From Myxococcales bacterium (lineage in GTDB: Bacteria > Myxococcota_A > Polyangia > Polyangiales > Polyangiaceae): a DNA stretch of 64,000 nt. The notes beneath the pieces were generated by a model. The model did not search any database. It saw nothing but the letters and a program-made list of their open reading frames with translations, and was not told the DNA's origin. The stretch covers positions 31,996 to 95,995 of the forward strand of contig JAYTOU010000064.1 in NCBI GenBank assembly GCA_043747615.1. Reading direction: 5' to 3'. A program made the position numbers and the translations under genes. Below are positions 18,074-28,212 of this stretch, one piece after another. The number at the start of each line of letters is the position of its first letter. Position 1 is the first letter of the stretch.

Positions 18074-18560
18074 GTTCGCGGGTGTCGAGAGCCTCGCGGG
18101 CGTGCTCGAAGGCGCGGGCGCGCACGGCGTTTCGGAGCGGACCGCTGTAGAGGCGGCCAAGGTGACGGAGCGCGGCGACGGCTGCGGTGCGGGTGGTTCC
18201 GGTCCACGGTTCGGCCCCGAGGCGCCGCCACAGGAGCGCTTCGAGTGCCCGCGGTCGGCGAGCAAAGCCGACGGCTGCGCGTTCGATGATGGTCGCGTCA
18301 CTCGGTTGGATGCGCATCGCGCGGAGGTAATAGCCGATCGCTGCCGTTCCTCGCCCGAGGGAGAGAGCGCACATGTCTGCCGCATCGCACAGCGCGGCGG
18401 CACGCGCGTCGTCGGTCGTCGCGGTGTCGATCCGGGCCTTTGCCTCGCGCAACGTCGCCCCCCCAGGCCTGCTCGGGCGCGAGAACGACGGCCGGAATTT
18501 GAACACCAAGAAGGCGCCGAAGACCGCAGCCATGACGACGAGCGGGATTTGCCAGTCCAT
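18051..18560 (-). CDS. Membrane-anchored helical (TPR-like) hypothetical protein
   Basis: N-terminal TM MDWQIPLVVMAAVFGAFLVF; AIGYYLRAMRIQP TPR-like helix. Confidence 0.65.
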   Translation of the reverse strand: MDWQIPLVVMAAVFGAFLVFKFRPSFSRPSRPGGATLREAKARIDTATTDDARAAALCDAADMCALSLGRGTAAIGYYLRAMRIQPSDATIIERAAVGFARRPRALEALLWRRLGAEPWTGTTRTAAVAALRHLGRLYSGPLRNAVRARAFEHAREALDTREPTAATAT

Positions 18561-18623
18561 TGAGAGGGGGAAAGTACCACAGGAATGAAGCGCCCTCCTC
18601 AGCGGTAAGTTGCAACGGCTCCG

Positions 18624-19328
18624 ATGATCCGGCACGATCCGACTTGGATGCGAGGCTTTCCAGCGTTTCAGCGCCCCTCATTTTGCGCTGTTTTCTCGAT
18701 CGCGTGCGCCGTCGCGCTCCTCGCCGTCCCCCGGGTGGCTTCCGCAGATATTTTTCAATACACCGACTCCGAAGGGGTCATCCACTTCACGAACACGAAT
18801 GCCCGTCCGGGCGGCGCCAAACTCTACATGCGAGCCGATGGCGCTTCGCGGCGGAGCGGCGTGGTTCCCTTCATGCCTCAAGATCGCGACGTCTCGCGAT
18901 TCACGCGCTACGACGACCTCATTCGTCAGGCTGCGACGCTCTACCAGATCCCCGAGCAGCTCGTGCGCGCCGTGATCAAGGTCGAGAGCGACTACGATCC
19001 GCGCGCGGTGAGCGTCTCTGGTGCGCGCGGGCTGATGCAGCTGATGCCGGATACGGCGGAGCGTCTTCAAGTTCGCGACATCAACGACCCGCACGACAAC
19101 ATCTTCGGCGGCGTACGATTCCTGCGTATTTTGGCCAACTCGTTCAACGGCGACCTCGATCTTACGGTGGCCGCATACAACGCCGGCGAAGATGCGGTGA
19201 TGCGTTACGGCGGGATTCCTCCGTACGCGCAGACGCGGAACTACGTCGTCAAGGTGACCAGCTTCTACCGGCGCTACCGGACGATGCCCGACCTCGTGGA
19301 AGCAAGCCTCGCGTCCGGCGTCGACTAG
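18624..19328 (+). CDS. Lytic transglycosylase (SLT domain) with N-terminal DUF4124-like domain
   Basis: YTDSEGVIHFTN, AVIKVESDY with catalytic Glu, GARGLMQLMP, AAYNAG. Start may be 18648. Confidence 0.92.
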   Translation: MIRHDPTWMRGFPAFQRPSFCAVFSIACAVALLAVPRVASADIFQYTDSEGVIHFTNTNARPGGAKLYMRADGASRRSGVVPFMPQDRDVSRFTRYDDLIRQAATLYQIPEQLVRAVIKVESDYDPRAVSVSGARGLMQLMPDTAERLQVRDINDPHDNIFGGVRFLRILANSFNGDLDLTVAAYNAGEDAVMRYGGIPPYAQTRNYVVKVTSFYRRYRTMPDLVEASLASGVD

Positions 19329-19352
19329 GGACTCCCCTAGACCTTCGGTAGA

Positions 19353-20312
19353 CTAGCTCGCGCGTTCGACCTCGCGCATCGCGTCTTCGCGCAGCGAGAG
19401 CTCCTCTGCCACGGTGGCCAATGCGTGCTCGTTCGCTCCTCGAATCTCGCTCGAATGCGTCGAGAGCGCGACCACCCGCAGGGCGGAGGCAATCTGGCAG
19501 AGCTCCGCGAGGGCGCCTCGGCGATCGGTTTCGATGCGTTCGGCCTCAGCGCGCTCCGTGGCCGCCCAAGACGATACGTTATCGGTACGCGCACCCGACA
19601 CGCGATCGAGCCATTTTTGCCTGTCTGCGCAGGCCCGATGAATTCGATCGAGATCTCGTGCGCGTGCCACCAGGCTGTCGATCTGACGACGCAGAGCGGC
19701 GAGCGTGACGTCGCCGCGCGTCCGCTTTTGCGCCTCGTGAGCCGCGATGAGCACCTGACCGAGAGGGGACGCGCGCTTCTTCCTTCGCGAGGCGAGACCG
19801 GCAGAGGCGACGGCTGCCCCCACTATGGCGAGCGCGCCGAACGAGAGTCCGTGCTTTTCTCCCGGCGTGAGCAGGTGCTTCGGCGCGGACGTTCGTGATC
19901 CAGAGACCTGAAAGCTGCCAACGGCGGTCTGGAGGAACTCGCGTTCGGTGAGGAGGCGCCCGTGCGCGAGCTCACGTGTTTGCGGAACGAGGCACGGAGA
20001 TGCGAGCCCGATGGCGCGGCATTTCGGAGCGTCCTCCGCCGTGGCCTGGAGCACGCGACCAGCCACGCCGGCGCGCGAAAGGCCTGGACGCAGACCGGTG
20101 CCGCTCATCTCGAACCAGCCGACGGCATCGTACGTCGTCCCATCGAACGAGCTGCGCACGGCCCCATCGAGGACCACCTCCTCGCCCGGTGTCATGCTGA
20201 GATGGATCGCCTGATCGAGCGGCGCAGTTCGGGTCCACGTTGCCTCGGCCCCCGCACCTGCGGACAGCAGAAAAACGACCGTGCCGATTGCCAGCTCCGT
20301 CAGACGGCTCAT
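19353..20312 (-). CDS. Hypothetical membrane protein (signal peptide, central TM, helical C-terminus)
   Basis: ATGA overlap with the VWA gene; hydrophobic N-terminus; TM GLSFGALAIVGAAVASAGLA followed by RRKKR. Confidence 0.68.
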   Translation of the reverse strand: MSRLTELAIGTVVFLLSAGAGAEATWTRTAPLDQAIHLSMTPGEEVVLDGAVRSSFDGTTYDAVGWFEMSGTGLRPGLSRAGVAGRVLQATAEDAPKCRAIGLASPCLVPQTRELAHGRLLTEREFLQTAVGSFQVSGSRTSAPKHLLTPGEKHGLSFGALAIVGAAVASAGLASRRKKRASPLGQVLIAAHEAQKRTRGDVTLAALRRQIDSLVARARDLDRIHRACADRQKWLDRVSGARTDNVSSWAATERAEAERIETDRRGALAELCQIASALRVVALSTHSSEIRGANEHALATVAEELSLREDAMREVERAS

Positions 20313-22042
20313 CGCAGGTACCCATAGCCGGACCCGCGCAGCATCACCGCAAGAGGCAGCGGATCTTCCACCCGGCTCGTTCCGCTCACCGCCGATGCGA
20401 GACGCACGAGTCTCGTCGCGTCCTCAGCGAGCTTGGGCTCTTTGAGCGATTCCGACGCGCGCCGGAGAAGCTCCGCCCTCTCGGTGAGGATGCGTGCGGC
20501 GTCGATCCGATTTCCGTGGTCGACGAGCTCCGCAGCCCCCAGCACGGCGTCCCCCGCCGCAAACGCTTGCACTGTACACACGACGCTCGCCCGAGTGGTC
20601 TTGGCGCTCTCCGCTTCGTTCGACGCGTACCGCGTTCGGACGTCGAGCTCCTCGGTCACGTTCTTCTTGTGCAGACGATCCTTGTACCGGATCTCGACGC
20701 TGGCGATGCTCCGCTCGCCGGTGCCTGAGGGAACCTGCACGTTCAGGAGCATGGCGTGGTGATCGTCGCGCGCAAACGAGGGCATGAAGAAGCGCATTCC
20801 GCCCTCCGTATCGCTCTGCCGGTCTTGAGCGATGCCTGGCTTTTTGCTGGCTTGTTTGTCGACGGCGACCTCCTGCGCGCGCACGTTGGCGGCCTCTGCG
20901 CCGTCGAGCATGTGAGAGCCGAACACTTTGAGCGGCGTCACGTCCGGGCGCAGACGAACCCGGACTTCGACGGCCTGCGCTGCTGGAACGAGGCGCGCGT
21001 CGAGCTCATGACCGAGGGCCGCGGCGATCTGCGTGGAGTCAGCGAGGTAGTAGTACCCGCCAGCTCCGCGGTCGGCGATCGAGCTCATGAGCCCGGCGTC
21101 GAAGTCGGCTCCGAGCCCGAAAGAGCTGGTTTGAATGCTGTCCTGAAACGCTCGCGCGCTCCGTTCGGCGAGCGATGCCCGGTTCGAGTCTCCCGCGTTG
21201 GCGTGACCGTCCGACAGGAGCATTACGATCTTCACGGCATCCGGCGAGATGCCCCTGCTGTGAGCTTGCGCGTACCCCAGATCGAGACCCGCGCTGATGT
21301 TCGTGCCTCCGTCGGCGCGCACCTCATGGATCTTCGCGATGACCTGCGCGCGCCTCGCCCCGATCGCCCCGTCGGGCACGAGCACGATGGCCTCGCTCGA
21401 AAAAGTGATCATCGAAAAGTCGTCATTGGCGTCGAGCTTATCGACCAGCGTCTCAGCGGCGCGGCGCGCATTATCGATCGCCGGGCCCCTCATCGATCCG
21501 CTCACGTCGAGAACGAGGTGCACGGATAGCGGCGCCCGCGTGGGCATCGCATCGCTCGACCGGATGGCAATCCGAAGATTGACGACGCCACCCGCCGGTG
21601 CGAGCGCTTCGCGATCCGTATCGATCTGAAAGTTGAGCGCCGTCTCCGTTGGTCTCGGGATCGCTGGCGCGTATCGCCCGCCAAAATCGCCTACCAAATC
21701 TGTGTAGTCTGCATGCAATGAGCCGCGCGCCACCGCGGAGTCGAACGCGGCCAGCGCAGCGCCGCCGGGCCGGTAGGTCGTCGCGTAGCGAGCGTTTGGA
21801 TCGAGACGCGGAGCGCCCTCGGCAACCTCCTCGCGCAGTGATCCGGCAGTAGGCTTGCCCGCGACGACCCCACCGGGGCCGACCGAAATCGTGGTTGGAG
21901 AGGCCGGAGCCGAAGAGGCCGCGACGTCTGGCTCCAGCGCTCTCTTTGCGGCGTTGATCTCTACGGTGGGTGCGGACTCGCTCCTACAGCCCGGAAAAAC
22001 GCTGCATGAAACGACGGCGAAAAGAGCGCACACGATTCTCAT
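20309..22042 (-). CDS. VWA-domain lipoprotein (YfbK-like)
   Basis: Lipobox FPGC; MIDAS LDVSGSM, GGTNI, LLSDG; GAGGYYY. Confidence 0.88.
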   Translation of the reverse strand: MRIVCALFAVVSCSVFPGCRSESAPTVEINAAKRALEPDVAASSAPASPTTISVGPGGVVAGKPTAGSLREEVAEGAPRLDPNARYATTYRPGGAALAAFDSAVARGSLHADYTDLVGDFGGRYAPAIPRPTETALNFQIDTDREALAPAGGVVNLRIAIRSSDAMPTRAPLSVHLVLDVSGSMRGPAIDNARRAAETLVDKLDANDDFSMITFSSEAIVLVPDGAIGARRAQVIAKIHEVRADGGTNISAGLDLGYAQAHSRGISPDAVKIVMLLSDGHANAGDSNRASLAERSARAFQDSIQTSSFGLGADFDAGLMSSIADRGAGGYYYLADSTQIAAALGHELDARLVPAAQAVEVRVRLRPDVTPLKVFGSHMLDGAEAANVRAQEVAVDKQASKKPGIAQDRQSDTEGGMRFFMPSFARDDHHAMLLNVQVPSGTGERSIASVEIRYKDRLHKKNVTEELDVRTRYASNEAESAKTTRASVVCTVQAFAAGDAVLGAAELVDHGNRIDAARILTERAELLRRASESLKEPKLAEDATRLVRLASAVSGTSRVEDPLPLAVMLRGSGYGYLR

Positions 22043-22272
22043 GAGCTCTCAAACGCGCCACCCGGCGAAAAGTTTTGCGCGTCCGGGCGTGCGCTCGGCG
22101 GAGCTGACTGGTGCGCTTTGCCACGATGGCGCGAAACGACACGCGAAAGCCACACGTCCGCGTCGAGTTTCCGTGCAACGCATGCCCACGCCCAGCCAAC
22201 CGGCACTGGCGCGAAGGTTGCGTTCTCCGCGGGGATTAGAGCTGGCCAAGGGCAGGGGCGAGGGTTATCGGG

Positions 22273-23163
22273 ATGGTGATGAAGCGCGTTGCGGCAGCAG
22301 GGGCGGTGTTGGGGATCGGCGCGATTCTCTTTGCATGCGGCACCCCAAGCATCAAACCAAGTACAGGGGACGACGGCGGAGGCGGTTCGTTCGTGACGCC
22401 GCCTCCAGGCACCGCGGGCGTTGACGCCGGTACTCCGGAGATCATGGGCGTCGCGCCGTCGTGCACGAACGTCGATCCCGCGAAGATGCCCGTGGGTCCG
22501 CTCGTGAGCATTCCGGCCAGCACCTTCACGATGGGATGCAACGCCAGCACCGACAACGAGTGCAGGGCCGATGAGAAGCCGCCGCACAGCGTCACCCTCC
22601 CCGCGTACTCCATCGACACTACGGAAGTCACCCAGGCCCAGTACTTTGCCTGCGTGAAGGAGGGAAAGTGCACGTATCCCAAGTGCGTCTGGGATCCGTG
22701 CGCGCAGCCCGACAACCCGATCGCGTGTGTGAAGAACAGCCAAGCCCTCACCTATTGCCAGTGGGCTGCGAAGCGGTTGCCGACGGAAGCCGAATGGGAA
22801 CTGGCAGCCCGAGGCACCGATGGCCGTAAATTTCCGTGGGGAAACATGCCTGCGAGTTGCGCCCTCACCAACATGATGGGCTGCGGAAACGTCTCATCGC
22901 CCGTGGGAACGCACGGGGACGTCGGACCGTTCGGCGCGATCGACATGGGCGGTAACGTCGTCGAGTGGACGATGGATTGGTATGATCCGGCGTTCTACGC
23001 GACGTCACCCGCCGCGTCGCCCACGGGTCCGGCAGCCGGAGCGGAGCACGTCGGCCGGGGTGGAGGCTTCTTGAGCGAAGAGATCTGGCACCGCGCCAGC
23101 GCTCGCGACTTTTATGAAAGTAGCTACTCGCGCGTGAGCATGGGATTCCGCTGCGCAAAGTGA
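22273..23163 (+). CDS. FGE/SUMF1-domain lipoprotein
   Basis: Lipobox LFAC, FTMGC, EVT, RLPTEAEWELAARG, DMGGNVVEW, GFRCAK. Confidence 0.92.
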   Translation: MVMKRVAAAGAVLGIGAILFACGTPSIKPSTGDDGGGGSFVTPPPGTAGVDAGTPEIMGVAPSCTNVDPAKMPVGPLVSIPASTFTMGCNASTDNECRADEKPPHSVTLPAYSIDTTEVTQAQYFACVKEGKCTYPKCVWDPCAQPDNPIACVKNSQALTYCQWAAKRLPTEAEWELAARGTDGRKFPWGNMPASCALTNMMGCGNVSSPVGTHGDVGPFGAIDMGGNVVEWTMDWYDPAFYATSPAASPTGPAAGAEHVGRGGGFLSEEIWHRASARDFYESSYSRVSMGFRCAK

Positions 23164-23176
23164 GACGCTCGCCGGG

Positions 23177-24103
23177 GTGAGACGGACCATCGCGTGCGTG
23201 CTCTTCGCGTGCGCCTCCGGATGCGGCGGCCCGAGTGCCTCGACGACCGGCATCCCCCATGACGTGAGCGTGGGAAAAGCTGCTCCGCCTTCGCCGCGGT
23301 GCCCGACTCCGATCCCAGCACGGTCTCTGCTCACGAGCTCTCCGCCTCCGCCAAAAGGGTGGGCCCTGACGGCAGCGCCCGTCGCGAGAAAATGCGGAAA
23401 TCTGAGCCGAAACGAGTGGGTCGTCCGCGACTCTGACGCTGGCGTCGAGGTAGCGCGTCGCGATAGTGGCGCGGCTGAAGACTCCTTGCCATTCACGGTT
23501 TCCGGAAAGGCGCGCGACGGGCTCGGCGGTACGCGACACGTCCGCGCTGTCGACAACGGTTGGTTGGTCGGCTTCGACGCAGCGGAAGTCGGGGGCGCGC
23601 TTTGGTGGTTCGACAAGACGGGTGAGCGGCGCGTGAAGCTCTTCGACGGCAACATCATCGGCTTCGTCGAGCTCGCTGGCGAAGGCATCGTCGCTCTATC
23701 GGGATTCGCGCGCGGCGGATTTTCACGAGGGCAAGCCCTGCGCGTGCGCCGTGCGGTCGAGTGGACAGCGAAGCCTTGGATCAATCTGGACAGCGCCGCT
23801 GAAGCGTTCGTCCTCGAGTCGCGCGATTCGCTCCTCGTCCTCACCACCACCGGCGTTATTCGCCTCACCGCATGCGGTGACATGACGCGCGTCGCCTTGA
23901 CCGACTACGACGCGCTGTATCCGACGTCACTCGCGGTCGATCCCCACGGAGTTATCTACGTGGGCATGCGGCACTACATCACTCGCTTCGTCCCAGCATT
24001 GGGCTCGGCGCTGCGCGAGGAGTGGCTTACCCGCGAGGACTGCCAGACGCCGAAGGTTAGCCATTTCGAGTGCGTGTGCACCGAAGCAACGCGTCGGCCT
24101 TGA
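23177..24103 (+). CDS. Hypothetical lipoprotein (beta-rich)
   Basis: Lipobox ASGC; GWLVGFDAAEVGGALWW; 13 nt downstream of the FGE gene. Confidence 0.7.
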   Translation: MRRTIACVLFACASGCGGPSASTTGIPHDVSVGKAAPPSPRCPTPIPARSLLTSSPPPPKGWALTAAPVARKCGNLSRNEWVVRDSDAGVEVARRDSGAAEDSLPFTVSGKARDGLGGTRHVRAVDNGWLVGFDAAEVGGALWWFDKTGERRVKLFDGNIIGFVELAGEGIVALSGFARGGFSRGQALRVRRAVEWTAKPWINLDSAAEAFVLESRDSLLVLTTTGVIRLTACGDMTRVALTDYDALYPTSLAVDPHGVIYVGMRHYITRFVPALGSALREEWLTREDCQTPKVSHFECVCTEATRRP

Positions 24104-24268
24104 TAGAGCTTCTTCACGGCCTCTCGCTTACCAAGACGCTTCGACCCTAGACTCGAGCGGGAACGAACGCATGACACTGACGACGATGGGGATCGACACC
24201 TACCAGCTGACGACGCTCGCAGACTCTCGCGCGCACGGGGAGCGCCTGACCCGCAGCGCACTCGAGTA

Positions 24269-25300
24269 ATGGTGGCGCAGACGCTCTCCGTCGTGATGAG
24301 CTCGGCGGGACTCTACCTCCCCGCGGTCGACCTGCATCTCGATCCGTCGATCGGGGTGCAGGCCGCATTCGTGTCCCATGCGCACAGCGCGCGCGTGGGG
24401 AGCCTCACTTCCGGGCTGGTCCTGGGTTCGCCCGAGACGCTGCGTCTCATCGAAATGCGGGCGGAAGCGCCGCCGGCGTCGCGTGCGATCGACTGGAACG
24501 AATCCATCGAGCGTCCGCTCAGCGCGGGCTTCGGTGGAGGGACGGCGCGTCTTTCCATTGCGCACGCCGGGCACCTCCTCGGTGCCGCGCAGCTCGTGAT
24601 CGATCATCCCGGAGGGCGCTTCGTCTACACCGGCGACTACCAGAGTGGCCCTGGCCTCACCCACGTTGCTGGCGCTCCTGTTCCTTGCGACGAGCTCGTG
24701 ATCGAGTCGACGTACGCCCTGCCCATCTTTCGTTTCCCGGATCGCGCTCGGGTGCGCTTGGCTCTCGTCGAGTGGTGTCGCGCGCGGCTCGGAGAAGGGA
24801 ACGCGCCCGTGGTCATCGCGATTCCACTCGGCAATTCCCAGGAGATCGTGCGCGCCCTGGTCGACGCCGACCTGACCGTTCAGGCCCATGACGCCGTATA
24901 CCGCGGATGCGAAATGTACGAGTCGCTCGGCGTGGCCCTCGGTCTCGCGGAAAAAAAAGTACGGCCCTACGTGAAAAAGAAGGGGCCGGTCGACGCCGTC
25001 TTGATCGCTCCGCCGAGCGCTTATGCGGATGCGATGATCAAGAAGCTGCCCAACGCGCGCGTGGCCTACGTCTCCGGTCGGGCGCTCCTCGACGCGTCGC
25101 TCGAGCAAATGAGGGCGGACATCGGCTTTCCGCTTTCGGGTCACGCGGATCATGACGATCTCGTCGCCACCGCGCGGGCGTGTGGCGCCAGGCACGTCGT
25201 CACCACATTTGGAGATGCCACGAGCTTCGCCGGGATCCTGAATGAGCGTGGATTCGCGGCTACCGCGCTCGAGGCCTCGAGCTTGGACGAGACGACGTGA
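24269..25300 (+). CDS. Ligase-associated MBL/beta-CASP exonuclease homolog with degenerate metal motif
   Basis: SHAHS, AGHLLGAAQ, YTGDY, LVIESTY.LP.FRFP, LSGHAD; GTGA overlap with the ligase. Confidence 0.85.
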   Translation: MVAQTLSVVMSSAGLYLPAVDLHLDPSIGVQAAFVSHAHSARVGSLTSGLVLGSPETLRLIEMRAEAPPASRAIDWNESIERPLSAGFGGGTARLSIAHAGHLLGAAQLVIDHPGGRFVYTGDYQSGPGLTHVAGAPVPCDELVIESTYALPIFRFPDRARVRLALVEWCRARLGEGNAPVVIAIPLGNSQEIVRALVDADLTVQAHDAVYRGCEMYESLGVALGLAEKKVRPYVKKKGPVDAVLIAPPSAYADAMIKKLPNARVAYVSGRALLDASLEQMRADIGFPLSGHADHDDLVATARACGARHVVTTFGDATSFAGILNERGFAATALEASSLDETT

Positions 25301-27063
25301 AACGGCTGGCGCTCGCCCTCGAGGCTACCCGACTGAGTCGCTCGCGGATCGCGAAGGAAGAAGCCCTTGCCGCCGCCTTCGCCGACCTCGGTCGCGATGT
25401 CCACGACGAAGACGGGGTTGGGCTGGCGACGGCGGTGCGACTTGCCGCGGGACGAACCCTCCCCGTGGGTGATTCGCGCCCGCTCGGTGCTGGCTACTCG
25501 CTGATGATGGAGATCGTCGTGCTCGCCACGGGATTTTCCGCCGGCGTGGTGTCGGCGTGCGCGCGTCGCACCGGGGATCTCGGCGAAGCGTTCGCACTTC
25601 TCGCCGCCCGTGACGATCGAGCGGTGGCGCGTCCCGGACTCACGCTGCCGCAGGTAGCCGATCTCTTCGACGCCCTCGCCTCCACGGGAAATAGGCTGGA
25701 GAAACGCGGGCGCCTCGAGGAAGCGTTCAAGCGTACGACCCCGCTCGAGATGAAATATTTGGCGAAGGCCCTGCTCGGGTCGCTGCGCGTCGGCGCGCAG
25801 ATTGGCGTGATCGAGGGGGCGCTTGCCCGAGCGTTCGAGGTGCCCATCGAGGAGCTGCGAAGGGCCGCGGCGCTCGTCACCGATCCGGGGATCGTCGCCG
25901 TGCTCGCGCGCGACGGGAGGCTCGATGCAGCGCATCTCATTCTCGGTCGACCGGTCGCTTACATGCTTGCCACTCCGATCGAGACCATCAAGGCAGAGAT
26001 CGATCCGGCCCTCCATGTGATGGAGGACAAGATCGACGGCGTGCGCGCGCAGATCCACAAGGTGGACGGCGAGGTGCGAATCTTCGCGCGCGGACTCGAG
26101 CAAGTCACCGACACCTTCCCCGACGTCGTCTCTGGATTTCTCACCGCAGAGGGGGATTTTGCCTTAGATGGTGAGCTCGTCGCCCTGAAGGACGATGGGC
26201 GCCCGCGCCCCTTTCAAGCGCTTCAGGTGCGCCTTCGTCGTGTCTCTCCCGACCCCTCGCTCGTGGAGGCGACCCCGGTGTCCTTCATAGCTTACGACCT
26301 TCTCGCCGACGGAGAGCGCGATCTTCTCTCCGTTCCGTGGCGGGACCGACGGGCGTGCCTCGAAGAATTCGCCAAGGCTCGCGCGCCGCGAGGACGCGTC
26401 TTCCTCCTCAATCCGGTTCAAGCGTTCAACGCCGACGACGCCTCTTTCATCGAAAAGCTCGACCTCGCCTTCGTCGCCGCACGAGGCCGCGGTCACGAAG
26501 GCCTTGTCCTCAAACGGCTAGATTCTCCGTACGAAGCGGGTCGCCGCGGCCAGGCTTGGATCAAAGTGAAGCGGGCCTTCGCCACGCTCGATGTCGTGGT
26601 CACCGCGGTCGAGGAAGGACATGGTCGGCGCGCCGGCGTCCTGTCGGACTATACCTTCGCGGTCTGGCGTGGCGAGGAGCTCGTCAACGTGGGGAAGGCG
26701 TACAGCGGGCTCACCGATCTCGAGATCGAAGAGATGACTCGACGGCTCGAGCAGCTCACCATCGAGCGCGTCGGCGGCGTGCACCTCGTTCGCCCCGAGA
26801 TCGTCCTCGAGGTGGCCTTCGACGGCGTCCAACCTTCGTCCCGCCACGGCAGCGGTTTCGCCCTTAGATTCCCGCGTATCTTGCGCATACGTCAGGACAA
26901 GGCACCGGCTGACGCAGACACCATCGACGCCGTCGAGGCTCTCTTCTCCTCGCAAGTGGAGACCGGCCATCGCGAGCGAGGTCCTGCTCGCAAGCCAAGC
27001 AAGAAAGGAAAAAGCTCCGCTCAATTGAGTCTCTTCGGCGACGCGGTGAAGCCGAAAGAGTAG
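25297..27063 (+). CDS. ATP-dependent DNA ligase (DNA-binding, adenylation and OB domains)
   Basis: EDKIDGVRAQIH, LDGELV, AYDLL, EGLVLK, WIKVK, GHGRR, LRFPR. Confidence 0.95.
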   Translation: MKRLALALEATRLSRSRIAKEEALAAAFADLGRDVHDEDGVGLATAVRLAAGRTLPVGDSRPLGAGYSLMMEIVVLATGFSAGVVSACARRTGDLGEAFALLAARDDRAVARPGLTLPQVADLFDALASTGNRLEKRGRLEEAFKRTTPLEMKYLAKALLGSLRVGAQIGVIEGALARAFEVPIEELRRAAALVTDPGIVAVLARDGRLDAAHLILGRPVAYMLATPIETIKAEIDPALHVMEDKIDGVRAQIHKVDGEVRIFARGLEQVTDTFPDVVSGFLTAEGDFALDGELVALKDDGRPRPFQALQVRLRRVSPDPSLVEATPVSFIAYDLLADGERDLLSVPWRDRRACLEEFAKARAPRGRVFLLNPVQAFNADDASFIEKLDLAFVAARGRGHEGLVLKRLDSPYEAGRRGQAWIKVKRAFATLDVVVTAVEEGHGRRAGVLSDYTFAVWRGEELVNVGKAYSGLTDLEIEEMTRRLEQLTIERVGGVHLVRPEIVLEVAFDGVQPSSRHGSGFALRFPRILRIRQDKAPADADTIDAVEALFSSQVETGHRERGPARKPSKKGKSSAQLSLFGDAVKPKE

Positions 27064-27192
27064 CGAGCTTGGTCGTTGCCGTTTGCCACACCTGAGGCGA
27101 CTTTGGGCAAGCGCTAAGAGCTCCTCCGGATGATCCCTCGGCCGCGCGCGCCGCTGCTGCGGACACGAATTTGCATTCGGCCGTCAGAGATC

Positions 27193-28194
27193 ATGACCGC
27201 CCGAACTTTGTCGCCCCATGAGGTCGCCGCTGAGCGCTCGCCGCTACGCGAGCGTCCTCAGGCGGACGATGCGACGCCGCGAATCCCTCCCGATCGAAAT
27301 GAGGCAATGCTCGAGCTCGGGGGACGGCGGGTTCGGCTCACCAATCTGCAGAAAATTATCTTCGCGCAGAGCGGGATCACCAAGGGCGCGCTCATCCAGT
27401 ACTACCTGGATGCAGCGCCGGTCCTGCTCCCCCACCTAGCGCAGCGCGCCATGGTGATGAAGCGCTACCCGGACGGCGCGAGCGGGAAATTCTTTTTTAT
27501 GAAGCGCGCTCCCTTGCCGCGACCGAAGTGGATTCACACGTGTCAGATCGAGGACTCCAGCGGGAGCGCGTTCGAGCTCCCCATCGTCGACGACCTGGCG
27601 TCGCTCGCGTGGGTCGTGAATCTCGGCTGTATCGATCTCCATCCTTGGTACGTCCGCTGTGACGATCTCGAGCGGCCTGATTATCTGCATTTCGACCTCG
27701 ATCCCGGGGAAGCGTCTTTCGACCGCGCGTGTGAGGTGGCCCTCGTCCTTCACGAAGCTCTCAGCGCTTTGCGGATTCCGAACTACGTGAAGACGAGCGG
27801 CTCGACAGGCCTGCACGTCTACGTGCCGCTTTTGCGCGGGCCGACGAAGAAGGAAGTTTGGAGCGTGGCGAAGGCGCTGGCGCGGGAGCTCGCGGAGCGC
27901 AATCCCAAGACGATCACCGCCGAGTACCGGATCGCAAACCGCCCTCCCGGTCGCGTCCTCATCGACTACAACCAAAACTCGTCGGAGCGTACGCTGGCCT
28001 CGGTCTACTCCGTTCGTCCGGTGCCGCGCGCTACGGTCTCTACGCCGCTCACGTGGAACGAGCTCTCGGCGGGCGTGACCGTCGATTCTTTCCGACTCGA
28101 GGTCGCCCCCGCGCGCTGGAGAAAGCTCGGAGACCTCTGGGCTCCTCTCTCCCCGTCGGCGCCGGGGCGCTTCGATCTCACGAAGGTGGAGTGA
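27193..28194 (+). CDS. Stand-alone LigD-type primase-polymerase domain (PrimPol/PolDom)
   Basis: LTNLQK, KRYPDG, FFMK, FDLDPG, KTSGSTGLHVYVP, IDYNQN, YSVRP, VSTPLTW. Confidence 0.92.
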   Translation: MTARTLSPHEVAAERSPLRERPQADDATPRIPPDRNEAMLELGGRRVRLTNLQKIIFAQSGITKGALIQYYLDAAPVLLPHLAQRAMVMKRYPDGASGKFFFMKRAPLPRPKWIHTCQIEDSSGSAFELPIVDDLASLAWVVNLGCIDLHPWYVRCDDLERPDYLHFDLDPGEASFDRACEVALVLHEALSALRIPNYVKTSGSTGLHVYVPLLRGPTKKEVWSVAKALARELAERNPKTITAEYRIANRPPGRVLIDYNQNSSERTLASVYSVRPVPRATVSTPLTWNELSAGVTVDSFRLEVAPARWRKLGDLWAPLSPSAPGRFDLTKVE

Positions 28195-28212
28195 CCTCGA
28201 CTCGGCCTCGGC

